64,000 nt of DNA from an uncultured Clostridia bacterium (GTDB taxonomy: Bacteria > Bacillota > Clostridia > Christensenellales > CAG-917): the NCBI GenBank assembly GCA_944332995.1, contig CALVKR010000002.1, positions 63,100 to 127,099 on the forward strand, in the 5' to 3' direction. Below the pieces are notes generated by a model, which searched no databases, was not told the DNA's origin, and saw only the letters and a program-made list of their open reading frames with translations. Below, piece by piece: positions 18,322 through 29,016 of the stretch. Position numbers and translations under genes: made by a program. Within the stretch, counting starts at the first letter, position 1. Every line of letters starts with the position of its first letter.

Positions 18322-19422
18322 TTAATTTAAATACTTTCTTACCTCAGCGTCGAGCGCAAAGACGTCGTCGAGCGATTCCACCCTGCACTCCCCGAATTTA
18401 AGCAATACCCTCTCTAAAGCGTCGGATATGTCGTAAAAGCCTATCTCGTCGTTTAAATATTTTTCGACGAGCACCTCGTCGGCCGAAGATACGGCAACGC
18501 ACGCTCCGTCGCCTGCCTTGAGGGCGCTCAAAGCGATTTTAAGGCAAGGGAATCTGTCGTGGTCGACTGAGCCGAATTCGAGCGTTTTGAGTTTTGCAAA
18601 GTCGAGATTTGAAATTATGTTTACGCCCCTGTCGGGATAGTAAAGCGCAAGTTCGATAGGCAAAAGCATATCGGGAGCGGCAATGGAAGCCTTGAAAGAA
18701 TTGTCGTTAAACTGCACCATTGCGTGCACTATGCTCTGCGGATGAAGCAAAACGTCAATTTGCGACGGCTCTATCTCGAACAGCTTGACGGCTTCTATGA
18801 CCTCGAGTCCTTTGTTGAACAGTGTTGCCGAATCTATGGTTATTTTTTTGCCCATATTCCATATCGGGTGCTGAAGCGCCTGTTTTGCCTTGACCTTTTC
18901 TATCGCCGATTTAGGCATATCTCTGAGCGCACCGCCGCTCGCAGTTATATACATTTTTTTGACGCTCGCCTTGTTTTCCCCTATCATGCACTGCCAAAGG
19001 GCGGAATGTTCGCTGTCCACGGGAATTATCGTCGAGCCGTTTTCTCTTGCGGTTTTCCACATAAGTTTTCCGCCGCAGACGAGTGCTTCTTTGTTGGCGG
19101 CAGCGAGAGGCGTTCCGTTTTTGAGAGCGGCAAGCGACGGTTTAAGGCCGTCAAGACCGTTTACGGCGCAAAGGACGAGGTCGCAATCCACCGAGGCGAG
19201 TTCCTCGAGCGACGAAAGTCTTTTTGCTCCCTTTACGGATATCTTGCCGTCTGCAAGATAATAATAGTCGGGTTTATACCTCTCTATCTGATCGGCAAGC
19301 GCCTCCGCCTTGCTGTGAGCGGCAAGTCCCACCACCTTGAAATCGTCGGGAAAACGGCGCACTATTTCAAGTGCCTGTTTGCCGATTGAACCTGTTGAGC
19401 CTAAGATAACAATTTTTTTCAT
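18322..19422 (-). CDS. dxr: 1-deoxy-D-xylulose-5-phosphate reductoisomerase
   Basis: ILGSTGSIGKQAL NADPH motif and the PVDSEHSA catalytic motif. Confidence 0.95.
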   Translation of the reverse strand: MKKIVILGSTGSIGKQALEIVRRFPDDFKVVGLAAHSKAEALADQIERYKPDYYYLADGKISVKGAKRLSSLEELASVDCDLVLCAVNGLDGLKPSLAALKNGTPLAAANKEALVCGGKLMWKTARENGSTIIPVDSEHSALWQCMIGENKASVKKMYITASGGALRDMPKSAIEKVKAKQALQHPIWNMGKKITIDSATLFNKGLEVIEAVKLFEIEPSQIDVLLHPQSIVHAMVQFNDNSFKASIAAPDMLLPIELALYYPDRGVNIISNLDFAKLKTLEFGSVDHDRFPCLKIALSALKAGDGACVAVSSADEVLVEKYLNDEIGFYDISDALERVLLKFGECRVESLDDVFALDAEVRKYLN

Positions 19423-19697
19423 ACTTCTTCCTTGTTCGGCTTACGCCGATATATTTGTTTAACTTACGTCAGTATTTTGTTCGGCATTCGCAAATTTTTG
19501 TTTGGCGATTGCCTGTGTTTATATTCGGCATTTGCGACAGCCCTGTTTTGGTTTCAAATTATGTGCCATGCCGTATTATATATAGCCAAGCGGTGAGCCG
19601 TAAGCTGTAGATATTAGCACAACGTCAAGTTTTTGGCTATATTATAACGTCAGGTTTTTGCCGAGTATGCCACCCGACTAATGCTTGGTTTAAGCAA

Positions 19698-20603
19698 TCA
19701 AAAAGAGTATATGACAGTAAACGCTATGACAAGCAAAACGATGGTATATAAAATGCTGTCGAGCCTGTCCATTGCTCCGCCGTGTCCGGGGAAAAGATTG
19801 CCGTAATCTTTAATGCCCACCGCCCTTTTAATTCTGCTTGCGGCAATATCGCCAATTTGCGAGAGCACGCCTCCGACAAAACCGATAGCGAGATAAATGA
19901 GAGCGGATTTCCAAGCCGTATCGGTAAACGGAACGTATCCGAGCATGGGCAAAAGATTGAAATACTCGAAAATCAAAAACATTATGACGGATGCGAGCAT
20001 AGCGCCGAAAAGTCCGCCGATAGCTCCGGATATTGTCTTTTTCGGGGAAATGGAAGGACAGAGTTTTTTGCCCTTTACCGTGCTTCCCACCCAATATGCA
20101 AAAGTATCGCAAAGCACGGGCATGAACACGGCAAATACCAAAGCGTATATGGGGCTGTAGTTTTTCGTTATGACGAAAGCGCAGCTCAAAAACAATATCG
20201 GATAAAACATTGCAAATATCGTCGAGGTCAGGTCTATGAGCGGTCTGCCGTTATATTTGCTGTTTGCGTGCTCGGCAGGCTCCACCCCCACGTTCCCCTT
20301 TGAAAAAGCGAACATTCCGATAGCAAGCGCCGCCGAAACTACAAAGGAAATCACAAGACCGATAAGGTCAAGGAAGTAATAGAGCGGAAACACCGAAACC
20401 GCCAGAACGAAAAGCGGAAGAGCAAACATATAAATTTCCGCTTTCATAAAAGAGTTATACAATTCGTAAAGCGCAAGCCAGCCGAAAAGCAAAATCAAAA
20501 TATCGATAAATACGGGGTGCACAAAATATGACAGCACAAACATTGCAATTACAAAAGCTATCATAATAAGAGCCGTAAACGTCCTGATAAAAAAAGTTTT
20601 CAT
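19698..20603 (-). CDS. cdsA: phosphatidate cytidylyltransferase
   Basis: SRIKRAVGIKDYGNLFPGHGGAMDRLDS signature. Polytopic membrane protein. uppS-cdsA synteny. Confidence 0.9.
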   Translation of the reverse strand: MKTFFIRTFTALIMIAFVIAMFVLSYFVHPVFIDILILLFGWLALYELYNSFMKAEIYMFALPLFVLAVSVFPLYYFLDLIGLVISFVVSAALAIGMFAFSKGNVGVEPAEHANSKYNGRPLIDLTSTIFAMFYPILFLSCAFVITKNYSPIYALVFAVFMPVLCDTFAYWVGSTVKGKKLCPSISPKKTISGAIGGLFGAMLASVIMFLIFEYFNLLPMLGYVPFTDTAWKSALIYLAIGFVGGVLSQIGDIAASRIKRAVGIKDYGNLFPGHGGAMDRLDSILYTIVLLVIAFTVIYSF

Positions 20604-21326
20604 TTATCCTCCGTAAGTTCTGTTGACGGATTTAAACCCGTCCACAATGTTTTCTATCTCTTTGGCGGTGGCATCCGGCCACAGTTTATCCACAAAATAA
20701 AGCTCGCTATACGACGCCTCGTAAAGCATAAAGTTTGAAAGACGGTTTACCTTGCCATATCTTATCACAAGGTCGAGCGGCGGCAGTTTAGCCGTAGAAA
20801 GTGCTTTTGAAAAGTTTTCTTCGGTAAAAACTCCCTTTGAAACTTCAAGAGCCTGCTCATAGCTACGCCCTTTTGCCATCTCGTTTTCAAAGGCGTCCCT
20901 GGCTTTATCGTTGAGGGACAGCGCAGCGCTCAATATGTCCTGCCTTGCGCCGTATCCGAGCATAATGTTCAGCAAAATTTTGTATTGTCTGTCTTCGTTT
21001 TTATAAGATAGGATTTTATCTTTCAAAGGCTCAGGCAGTCTGTCAAGATTGCCGATAAAATCTAATTTTACGCCGCTCGGGTGATTTTCTATGAAATAAT
21101 CGACAAGCGCCATTATCTGCGCCTTTTCTTCGGCGGGGCGTTTTTCGTTTTCTGTGGAAAAGGTATAAACGCTTATACACTCCACTCCTTTGCCGGATAA
21201 AGCGTTTACCGTTTCGACAAGTTTGTCAAGCCCTGCCTTGTAACCTGTGGCAGTGTCGACGTTGTGAAGTTTAGCCCATCGCCTGTTGCCGTCTATGATA
21301 AGTCCTAAATGTATGCCTTTTTGCAT
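20604..21326 (-). CDS. uppS: isoprenyl transferase (undecaprenyl-diphosphate synthase)
   Basis: HLGLIIDGNRRWA motif. ATG at 21326 is preferred over the listed TTG at 21359, which lies inside the frr-uppS hairpin. Confidence 0.9.
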   Translation of the reverse strand: MQKGIHLGLIIDGNRRWAKLHNVDTATGYKAGLDKLVETVNALSGKGVECISVYTFSTENEKRPAEEKAQIMALVDYFIENHPSGVKLDFIGNLDRLPEPLKDKILSYKNEDRQYKILLNIMLGYGARQDILSAALSLNDKARDAFENEMAKGRSYEQALEVSKGVFTEENFSKALSTAKLPPLDLVIRYGKVNRLSNFMLYEASYSELYFVDKLWPDATAKEIENIVDGFKSVNRTYGG

Positions 21327-21344
21327 TCGGTTTACCCTGCATTT

Positions 21345-21368
21345 TAAAAAAGCGAGCAAAGCTCGCTC
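21345..21368 (-). terminator. hairpin plus T-run between frr and uppS (partial terminator or attenuator)
   Basis: Minus strand reads GAGCGAGC-TTTG-CTCGCT followed by TTTTTT, directly after the frr stop. Confidence 0.4.
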
Positions 21369-21371
21369 TTT

Positions 21372-21947
21372 TTAAATGGACATAACTTCCTTTTCTTTGT
21401 TTTTGAGGGCGTTTTCCAATTTGTCGAGGTATTCGCCGACAACCTTTTCGGCGTCCTTTTGGAAATCCTTTAAGTCGTCCTCGGTGATGACATGATCTTT
21501 TTCAAGTTTCTTGAGTTCGTCCATGCAATCGCGTCTGGCGTTTCTGATGCCTATTCTGCCGTTCTCGCCGATATTCTTGACGTCCTTTGCGATGAGTTTT
21601 CTCTTTTCCTCGGTAAGTTCGGGGAAAATGAGACGAATGACCTTGCCGTCATTGTTCGGGGTAAGACCGATATTGGCGGCAATGATAGCCTTTTCGACTT
21701 CCTTTAACATATTTTTATCCCAAACGGAAATAGTTAAAACTCTCGCTTCGGAAACGACGACGTTTCCCACCTGATTGAGCGGAGTTTCAACGCCGTAGCT
21801 GTTTACCATGACTTTGTCGAGGATATGCGGATTTGCCCTGCCTGCGCTGATAAGATTGATTTCGTGCAAAAAACTTGCGTAAGCCTTATCGCTCTGTTCT
21901 TTGAGTTCATCGAAAATTAAATCAACTTCGTCAATGCCGTAGCCCAT
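21372..21947 (-). CDS. frr: ribosome recycling factor
   Basis: 191-aa RRF-like sequence (GRANPHILD...LTEEKRKLIAKDVK). pyrH-frr synteny. Confidence 0.95.
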   Translation of the reverse strand: MGYGIDEVDLIFDELKEQSDKAYASFLHEINLISAGRANPHILDKVMVNSYGVETPLNQVGNVVVSEARVLTISVWDKNMLKEVEKAIIAANIGLTPNNDGKVIRLIFPELTEEKRKLIAKDVKNIGENGRIGIRNARRDCMDELKKLEKDHVITEDDLKDFQKDAEKVVGEYLDKLENALKNKEKEVMSI

Positions 21948-22022
21948 AATAATCTCCTAATTATTGTTATATAGTTTTTGTTATATGAAACATTATATCA
22001 AACGATTTAAAATTTTGCAACA

Positions 22023-22724
22023 CTAATCGCCGATATAAGTGCCTATCTTTTCGCCGTCGACAACTCTGATAATGCTGTCACGCTCGTTCAAAGCGAAAGT
22101 GATAACGGGTATTTTGTTATCCATACAGAGAGTGATGGCGGTAACGTCCATTGCCTTGAGTTCCTTTTTGATGACGTCCATATACGAGAGTTTATCAAAC
22201 TTAACGGCGTTTTTATTAACTTTGGGGTCGCTGTCGTAAACGCCGTCCACGTTTTTTGCAAGGAGCAAAGCCTCGCCGCCGATTTCGGCGCATCTGAGTG
22301 CCGCTCCCGTATCGGTCGAGAAATAAGGGTGACCGGTTCCGCAGGCGAAAATGACAATCCTTCCCTTTTCGAGGTGTCTTATGGCTTTTCTCAAGATAAA
22401 CGGTTCCGCCACTTCGGTTATGGCAAGCGCCGTCTGCACCCTGCACTGCACGCCGTTACGTTCTATGCAATCCTGAAGCGCAAGAGCGTTTATGACGGTG
22501 GCGAGCATACCCATATGGTCTGCCGTCGCCTTGTTCATGGCAGGGTCTGCCTGTCTGCCCCTCCAGAAGTTACCACCGCCGATGATTATGCCCACCTCGA
22601 CGCCCTTGTCGTGCACCACCTTGAGCTGACGCACAACCTCGTTCATTTTCTTTTGGTCGATACCAAACCCCGTGTCGTTGGCTAAAGCCTCTCCCGAAAG
22701 TTTGATAATTATTCTCTTGTACAT
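22023..22724 (-). CDS. pyrH: UMP kinase
   Basis: MYKRIIIKLSGEAL..., GGGNFWRG. ATG at 22724 is preceded by AAAGGAGAA. Confidence 0.95.
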   Translation of the reverse strand: MYKRIIIKLSGEALANDTGFGIDQKKMNEVVRQLKVVHDKGVEVGIIIGGGNFWRGRQADPAMNKATADHMGMLATVINALALQDCIERNGVQCRVQTALAITEVAEPFILRKAIRHLEKGRIVIFACGTGHPYFSTDTGAALRCAEIGGEALLLAKNVDGVYDSDPKVNKNAVKFDKLSYMDVIKKELKAMDVTAITLCMDNKIPVITFALNERDSIIRVVDGEKIGTYIGD

Positions 22725-22781
22725 AAGTTCTCCTTTATTAAAAAAAAGGAACACAAAAACTGTGTTCCTTTAAAACTTCAA

Positions 22782-23648
22782 TTAGTTGACTTTTGCAACC
22801 TGGTCCATAATTTCTTTTACGAAATCGTCCTGCTTCTTCTGAAGCCCTTCGCCCATCTCGAAACGAGCGAATCTGACGATTTGCGAATTGCCGTTGGCTT
22901 TCAGATACCCTGCAATGGTCAAAGTGTTATCCTTGACGAATTCCTGTTCCATAAGGCAAACTTCCTTATAGTATTTATTGATACGACCTTGCACCATTTT
23001 TTCGATGATTGCCTGAGGCTTACCCTCGTTGAGAGCCTGAGCGGAAAGGATTTCCTTTTCCTTTTCAAGCTCGGCAGGGTCAACCTGGTCTCTTACTACA
23101 TAACTGGGCTTAGATGCCGCAATCTGCAAAGCGACGTCGTGCAAAACGCTTTCCGACGAGCCGACGGTGGCTTCGAGCAAAATGCCTATCTTACCGCCCA
23201 TATGGATATAGGTTTCGATAACGCCGTCTTTTGTCGTATATTTCTCAAATCTGCGGATATCGATTTTCTCGCCGCACTTGGCAACAGCCGCAACTCTGTC
23301 TTCCTCTTTTGTCGAAACGACTTCTTCCAAAGTCTTTACGTCGTTATCTGCAATATAGTTTGCGACCGACTCGACAAAACCTTTGAAAACGTCGCCCTTT
23401 GCGACAAAGTCGGATTCGCAGTTGACTTCGACAAGCACGCCCACGTTGCCCTTTTTGAGAGCATAGACGATACCTTCCGAAGCGATACGACCTGCCTTTT
23501 TTGCCGCCGTAGCGATACCCTTTTCGCGGAGGTAGTCGATAGCCTTATCCATATCACCGTTTGTTTCGGTGAGAGCTTTTTTACAATCCATCATACCGAC
23601 GCCCGTTCTCTCTCTGAGCGTCATAACGTCTTTAGCCGTAAAACTCAT
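22782..23648 (-). CDS. tsf: translation elongation factor Ts
   Basis: [19 protein letters not shown]-like N-terminus. rpsB-tsf synteny. Confidence 0.95.
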   Translation of the reverse strand: MSFTAKDVMTLRERTGVGMMDCKKALTETNGDMDKAIDYLREKGIATAAKKAGRIASEGIVYALKKGNVGVLVEVNCESDFVAKGDVFKGFVESVANYIADNDVKTLEEVVSTKEEDRVAAVAKCGEKIDIRRFEKYTTKDGVIETYIHMGGKIGILLEATVGSSESVLHDVALQIAASKPSYVVRDQVDPAELEKEKEILSAQALNEGKPQAIIEKMVQGRINKYYKEVCLMEQEFVKDNTLTIAGYLKANGNSQIVRFARFEMGEGLQKKQDDFVKEIMDQVAKVN

Positions 23649-23658
23649 ATATATCTCC

Positions 23659-24453
23659 TTATGCTTGTTCAGCTTCTTTTTCTTCGATTGCCTTAGCGAC
23701 GGCGTCGCCCATGACTGCGTCTTCCATTTTCACTTCTTCGGCTTCATCCGAGCGAGTGGGAACGGCGCTTTCGCCTTGTTTGGCTTCGATACAAGCGTCT
23801 GCGATGATAGAAGCGAAAAGTTTGATAGCACGGATAGCGTCGTCGTTTCCGGGAATGACGTAATCTACGAGGTCGGGGTCACAGTTGGTGTCGACAACGG
23901 CTACGACGGGGATACCAAGGCTTCTTGCCTCTTTGATTGCAATTTCTTCCTTTTTGAGGTCAACCACAAACATAACGCCGGGAAGCGAACGCATATTCTT
24001 GATACCGCCGAGGTTCTTTTCAAGAACGTCACGCTCTGCCTTGAGCTTTAAAACTTCCTTTTTGGGAAGAAGGTCAAACTCGCCCACGATTTCCATTTGA
24101 TTGATTTTGTTAAGCCTGTCGATACGGGTGCGGATAGTCTTGAAGTTGGTAAGAGTACCGCCGAGCCATCTGTGATTGATATAGAACATATCGCATCTTT
24201 CGGCTTCTTCCTTGATAGCGTCTTGAGCCTGTTTTTTTGTTCCTACAAACAAAACGCTTTTGCCTTCAGCAACCTGCGATTTGACGAAAGCATAGGCTTC
24301 CTCAACGAGGTCCACCGAGATTTGAAGGTCGATAATGTGAATATCGTTTCTTGCGGCAAAGATATATTTTGCCATTTTCGGATTCCATCTCTTTGTCTGA
24401 TGACCGAAGTGTACGCCTGCTTCGAGCAAGGCTTTCATTGATGTAACTGCCAT
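23659..24453 (-). CDS. rpsB: 30S ribosomal protein S2 (with an acidic C-terminal tail)
   Basis: [19 protein letters not shown] and other S2 signatures. Tail is ...[26 protein letters not shown]. Confidence 0.95.
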   Translation of the reverse strand: MAVTSMKALLEAGVHFGHQTKRWNPKMAKYIFAARNDIHIIDLQISVDLVEEAYAFVKSQVAEGKSVLFVGTKKQAQDAIKEEAERCDMFYINHRWLGGTLTNFKTIRTRIDRLNKINQMEIVGEFDLLPKKEVLKLKAERDVLEKNLGGIKNMRSLPGVMFVVDLKKEEIAIKEARSLGIPVVAVVDTNCDPDLVDYVIPGNDDAIRAIKLFASIIADACIEAKQGESAVPTRSDEAEEVKMEDAVMGDAVAKAIEEKEAEQA

Positions 24454-24840
24454 TTTTTTGGCCTCCTGTGTTTTTAGTCCTCCCCGCAGATTTCGTCATT
24501 TGCAACCTAAAATGCGATATTTTGCAAATTTGGCAACAGCAAAAAACTGTCCACGAGTGTGGCGTTAGGTTGATTATAAATAAAAATCAAAAAAAAGGCA
24601 AACAAAGTGAGACGGTTTTTTATAAATATTTCCAAAAAAAATAAAAATTTTTCAGTTAAAAAAACAAAAAAAATGTAAACACATTATCAAAATCGAATTA
24701 ACAAACCGAAAAACTCAAAATCAAACAGCCCAAAATCAACAATTTGATTTACAAGCGAATTGCCGACAAGATTGACGACAAGTCTGAATAATAAGTCATA
24801 CATAGCCAAAGAAAGCAAAAGTCTATTGTCACAAAAGCCG

Positions 24841-25422
24841 CTATAGCGGCAGATAATAAATCATACCCGAAATGGCGGAAACGAGGATAATGGCAATGGG
24901 CGGCATGGATTTTTTGCGAATCAGCCTGTAAATCACGAGCGTGGCTATTACTATGCCGAAAATTATCAGGGCGTGAAAGTTGAAAGAACCCGAAACGGAA
25001 AAATCTTTGTAGTTTGCGTAAAAGCACTGCACTATAAGCAGAAGTCCCGTAGATATGACAAGTCCCCAAATGACGGGAGTTATCCCCTCGAACGCCGCCT
25101 TGACGTATTTGTTTTTGGCAAAGTTTTTAAATACCGTGGCGACAATCAAAATGATTATAAACGCAGGCGTGACGATACCGAGCGTGGCAATCAAACTACC
25201 CAAAACGCCGCCCTGTCCGCTACCCACAAAAGTTGCGATATTGACGGCAATCGGTCCCGGGGTGGATTCCGCTATGGCGATAAAGTTCCAAAGCTCGTCC
25301 GCCGTCAGCCAGCCCCGTGACAGAACTTCCTGCTGAATGAGGGATATCATTCCGTATCCGCCACCGAACGACACTGCGCCTATTTTCAAAAACACCAAAA
25401 ACAGCTCGAGGTAAACGCTCAT
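24841..25422 (-). CDS. chromate transporter family protein (second half-size subunit)
   Basis: FLKIGAVSFGGGYGMISLIQQEV and ESTPGPIAVN, the CHR-family signature. Translationally coupled to the upstream half. Confidence 0.8.
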   Translation of the reverse strand: MSVYLELFLVFLKIGAVSFGGGYGMISLIQQEVLSRGWLTADELWNFIAIAESTPGPIAVNIATFVGSGQGGVLGSLIATLGIVTPAFIIILIVATVFKNFAKNKYVKAAFEGITPVIWGLVISTGLLLIVQCFYANYKDFSVSGSFNFHALIIFGIVIATLVIYRLIRKKSMPPIAIILVSAISGMIYYLPL

Positions 25423-26213
25423 CTTGCCCTCCCCGACCTTTTAGGCTCAAATTCCAAAAACTCGCCTTTGCCGTTCGACAGCATAGAATGAGTAAAACCG
25501 CTCTTTTTGCTCTTTTTGTCAAACACAAAATCGGGCGTATCCAAAAAGCGGATAAGCGCAATTTTGTCGCTTCTTTTTTTGTTTATGATATCTCTTGCAA
25601 TCTGCAATATTATGCCGAGTGCCGCCCCGATTAAAATAAGGTATATTGTCGAAAACTCAAGTCCGAAAATATCTATACAAGTAGCTGCGGCAAAGGTCAG
25701 CAAAAATACGCCCATGCTAAAGAGATTTTTATCACCCTTTCTTATCATATTAAAGCCCGCAATCGTTATCATAACGGCAATGCCCACCTTTATCCCCTCG
25801 AAGGCGTAGGCAATGGGAGTAAGAGCCATAAATTGGTCATAAAAAACGGATATCAGATATATTATCGCAAAAGACGGAATACACACCGCCACCGTGGATA
25901 TGAGCGAGCCCCAAAACTTCATTATTTTGTATCCCACGAACGTGGCGCAGTTTATCGCAAGCGGACCGGGCGTCGATTCCGATATGGCGATAATCTCATA
26001 AAGCTCCCCCTCGGTTATCCACTTCTTTTTTGCGACAAACTCCCTTTCGATAAGCGCAATCATGGCGTATCCGCCCCCGAAAGTAAAAAGCCCTATTTTG
26101 AAGTAGCTCAAAAACAAGGTCAGCACAAGTTTAAGACTGCCGCTCCTTTTCTTATGTGAAGCCTTATTTTCTACGGCCTCATTTTTAATTGCTTTAAATT
26201 TTTTCTTTTTCAT
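25419..26213 (-). CDS. chromate transporter family protein (first half-size subunit)
   Basis: YFKIGLFTFGGGYAMIALIEREF and ESTPGPLAIN. 4-nt overlap with the downstream half. Confidence 0.8.
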   Translation of the reverse strand: MKKKKFKAIKNEAVENKASHKKRSGSLKLVLTLFLSYFKIGLFTFGGGYAMIALIEREFVAKKKWITEGELYEIIAISESTPGPLAINCATFVGYKIMKFWGSLISTVAVCIPSFAIIYLISVFYDQFMALTPIAYAFEGIKVGIAVMITIAGFNMIRKGDKNLFSMGVFLLTFAAATCIDIFGLEFSTIYLILIGAALGIILQIARDIINKKRSDKIALIRFLDTPDFVFDKKSKKSGFTHSMLSNGKGEFLEFEPKRSGRAR

Positions 26214-26454
26214 AAATTCTTCATTAAAGATTATATATCGTAAGCTAAAATTGTCAAACGTCGTTTGAACTCTAAAAACCCTATAGTTTTGTAAAATATA
26301 TCTGTTAAATATATTTTTAAATTCAAAATTTACTTCTTACAAAATAAAGGCGGAGCAATTTGCTCCGCTTTTTCGTTTGATTTTTCTTGGCAATCAAGTA
26401 AAACTAAAACTCTGAATATATCAATCTTTTAGATTTGATTAAACCGATTTTGAA

Positions 26455-26529
26455 TATCAATTATTTAAATATCAATTATTCAAATACCATTATTCAAATA
26501 TCGATTATTCAAATGCCAATCATTCAAAT
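26455..26529. repeat. ~15-bp tandem repeat x5 (AT[CG]RATTATTCAAAT-like)
   Basis: The run atcaattatttaaat / atcaattattcaaat / accattattcaaat / atcgattattcaaat / gccaatcattcaaat abuts the DUF1292 stop codon. Confidence 0.85.
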
Positions 26530-26849
26530 CAGTTGTTTTCTTCTTCCGCTACAGCTTTTTCGAGTTCCTTTTCAAACTCTTTAAACACTTTGTTTAAAAG
26601 CGCTTCGTCCTCGATAGGCTCAAAGCGGTCTTCGCCGTCCTTTTCGACTATCTCATAAATCAGCACTTCGTCGTCGGCTATGTCTTCGAGTTTTTCGACG
26701 GGTTTCATAATGATAAACCACCTTTTGTCCACGTCCAAAGTGGCAAGGTGATAAAATTCCTCATCCGTGTCGTTCACTTCGTTGTGAAGAATGATGATGT
26801 CGTTGTCTTCTTCTTCGAGGTTTTCGTTGTCCTTAAAAAATTCTGCCAT
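26529..26849 (-). CDS. DUF1292 family protein (YrzB-like)
   Basis: Acidic 106-aa protein with the pattern D.EE..FYHLATLDVD...IYEIVEKDGEDRFEPIEDE. Downstream of ruvX, as in other Firmicutes. Confidence 0.75.
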   Translation of the reverse strand: MAEFFKDNENLEEEDNDIIILHNEVNDTDEEFYHLATLDVDKRWFIIMKPVEKLEDIADDEVLIYEIVEKDGEDRFEPIEDEALLNKVFKEFEKELEKAVAEEENN

Positions 26850-26999
26850 AATTTACTCCTTTTTACCTTTCGGCATTGCCTTTGCTTTTGCCGAGGCTAC
26901 ATTAGATATTATCGTCAAATTTGACTTTTGTAAAGAGTTATCTCTCTTTACGCTTAAACTTTTATGTCCAAACTGTTGTTTGCACTTGTTTGACTTGGT

Positions 27000-27413
27000 T
27001 TACACTTTTTTGTCGAGGTAGGCTTGAAGAATAAAGCACGCCGCAACCTTGTCTATCACCTTTTTGCGTTTATCCCTGCGCATATCCGCTTCGAGCAAAA
27101 CACGTTCGGCGGAAACGGTGGTAAGTCTTTCGTCCTGATAGGAAACCTTTATTCCGCTCTCTTTTTCGAGCAGTTCGCCGAAAGCCTTTGTCTTTTCCAC
27201 CCTCTCGCCCATCGTGCCGTCCATATTTATCGGCAAGCCGAGGACGAATTCGTCGGCGTCCTCCGCTTTTGCGAGGTCGCAAAAATATTTTATATCGGCG
27301 TTAAGGCTCTTTCTCGTATACGTTTCCCTTGCGTTTGCAATCATTCCCAAAAGGTCGGAAACTGCAACGCCTATCCTTACGTCGCCTATGTCAAGCCCTA
27401 TTTTACGTTTCAT
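27000..27413 (-). CDS. ruvX: Holliday-junction-resolvase-like putative pre-16S rRNA nuclease YqgF/RuvX
   Basis: IGLDIGDVRIGVAVSD N-terminal motif and the LPINMDGT, DERLTT motifs. Confidence 0.9.
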   Translation of the reverse strand: MKRKIGLDIGDVRIGVAVSDLLGMIANARETYTRKSLNADIKYFCDLAKAEDADEFVLGLPINMDGTMGERVEKTKAFGELLEKESGIKVSYQDERLTTVSAERVLLEADMRRDKRKKVIDKVAACFILQAYLDKKV

Positions 27414-28704
27414 TTTTCTTGCGTTTCTCCTGTCTTTCCTTTACCGTTTTTTCAAAGCCGTTTTCGGTGGGCGTATAAAAAACCTCGTCTTTTAATTCGT
27501 CGGGCAAATACTGTTGCTTGACGTAGCCGCCAAAGTCGTGCGGATATAAATATCCGCCTATCTTATCTTCGCCCTTGTAGTTTGGGTCTTGCAAATAGAT
27601 TGGCACGCTTTCGTTTTTTATCCTGTTGACGGCTTCGTCCGCAAGGTGCTGCGCCATATACGCCCTGTTTGACTTGGGCGCTTCGGATACGTAGACGATT
27701 GCCTCGGCAAGCGGAATTTTGCCCTCGGGAAGTCCGACGTTCTGCAATGCCGTCATAGCGGAAGTTGCCACCACCAAAGCGAGAGGGTCTGCCATTCCGA
27801 CGTCCTCTGCCGACTGAATGACTATTCGCCTTGCAATCAGCATAGGGTCGCAACCTGCCGCCAAAAGCCTTTCGCACCAATAGAGTGCGGCGTTTGAGTC
27901 GGAGCCTCGCATAGACTTGATAAATGCGGAAATCATATCGTAGTATGCCGATTCGTCAATGCCGAGCGAACGTTTTCCGCAAGACTGCTCCGCCATCTCC
28001 TCCGTGACCTTAATCACGCCGTTTGAATCCGGCTTTGCGGTAAGGACGGCAAGTTCGAGCGAATTTAATGCGTTTCGCATATCGCCGTTTGCAATTAACG
28101 CTATATGCTTTAAGGCGCTCGGCTCTATCTCTATGTTCATATTGCCAAGCCCTTTTTGCTTGTTCTTTATGGCGTTTTTGAGCCCCTGCACCACTTCTTC
28201 CGTGCTGAGCTTTTTAAACTCGAAAACTCTGCACCTTGACACAATCGCCCTTGTCATAGAAGAATACGGATTTTCCGTGGTAGAGCCGATAAATATTATC
28301 GTGCCTTGCTCTATCGCCTGCAATACGCTGTCCGACTGAGCCTTGTTCCACCTATGGCACTCGTCAAGCAAAAGATACGTTCTTTTGCCGTGGACTCTGA
28401 GCTGCTCCTTTGCCTCGTCAATCACCCTCTTTGCGTCCGCTATGCCCGCCGTGACGGCGTTTAGTTTTACAAAATTTGCGTTTGTCGTAAACGCTATAAT
28501 GTTTGCAAGAGTCGTCTTTCCGCAGCCGGGCGGTCCGTAAAAAATGCAGCTGCCCAGCATATCCGCTTTTATCGCCCTGCGCAACAGTAAATCTGCGCCG
28601 ACAATGTGTCCCTGACCTAAAAAGTCGTCAAGCGACGTCGGACGCATACGCTCTGCCAGCGGTGCAAGTTTTTCAGACTGATTTGTAAGGTCAAATAGAT
28701 CCAT
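27403..28704 (-). CDS. rarA: replication-associated recombination protein A (AAA+ ATPase RarA/MgsA)
   Basis: PLAERMRP, GPPGCGKTT Walker A, LLDECHRWNKAQSD Walker B / sensor region, C-terminal MgsA-type helical domain. Confidence 0.9.
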   Translation of the reverse strand: MDLFDLTNQSEKLAPLAERMRPTSLDDFLGQGHIVGADLLLRRAIKADMLGSCIFYGPPGCGKTTLANIIAFTTNANFVKLNAVTAGIADAKRVIDEAKEQLRVHGKRTYLLLDECHRWNKAQSDSVLQAIEQGTIIFIGSTTENPYSSMTRAIVSRCRVFEFKKLSTEEVVQGLKNAIKNKQKGLGNMNIEIEPSALKHIALIANGDMRNALNSLELAVLTAKPDSNGVIKVTEEMAEQSCGKRSLGIDESAYYDMISAFIKSMRGSDSNAALYWCERLLAAGCDPMLIARRIVIQSAEDVGMADPLALVVATSAMTALQNVGLPEGKIPLAEAIVYVSEAPKSNRAYMAQHLADEAVNRIKNESVPIYLQDPNYKGEDKIGGYLYPHDFGGYVKQQYLPDELKDEVFYTPTENGFEKTVKERQEKRKKNET

Positions 28705-28950
28705 ATAAAAATTTTAACATATCTTGACTTAAATGTAAATATCAACGGGCAACATCTTTAAATATTTAAACGGCATTTTTTACGGCGTTTTAGCGGAAAA
28801 TACGACAATTCCTGTTTATGTTTGTTTCGTGATATTTTATAAATTTAAAACAAAATATCCTAAACAAACGATAAAATCTTAAACAAACGATAAAATCTTT
28901 AAATAGTTAAAACAGCAAAAAAATAAAAGCCATTTAGGCTTTTATTTTGA

Positions 28951-29016
28951 ATTTGCATTTGCATTTGCATTTGCATTTGCATTTGCATTTGCATTTGAAT
29001 TTGAATTTGAATTTGA
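28951..29016. repeat. perfect hexanucleotide microsatellite (ATTTGC)7(ATTTGA)4
   Basis: Read directly from the sequence: seven ATTTGC units then four ATTTGA units, followed by ~75 bp of A/T-only sequence. Lies between the thiI stop and the rarA start. Confidence 0.95.
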
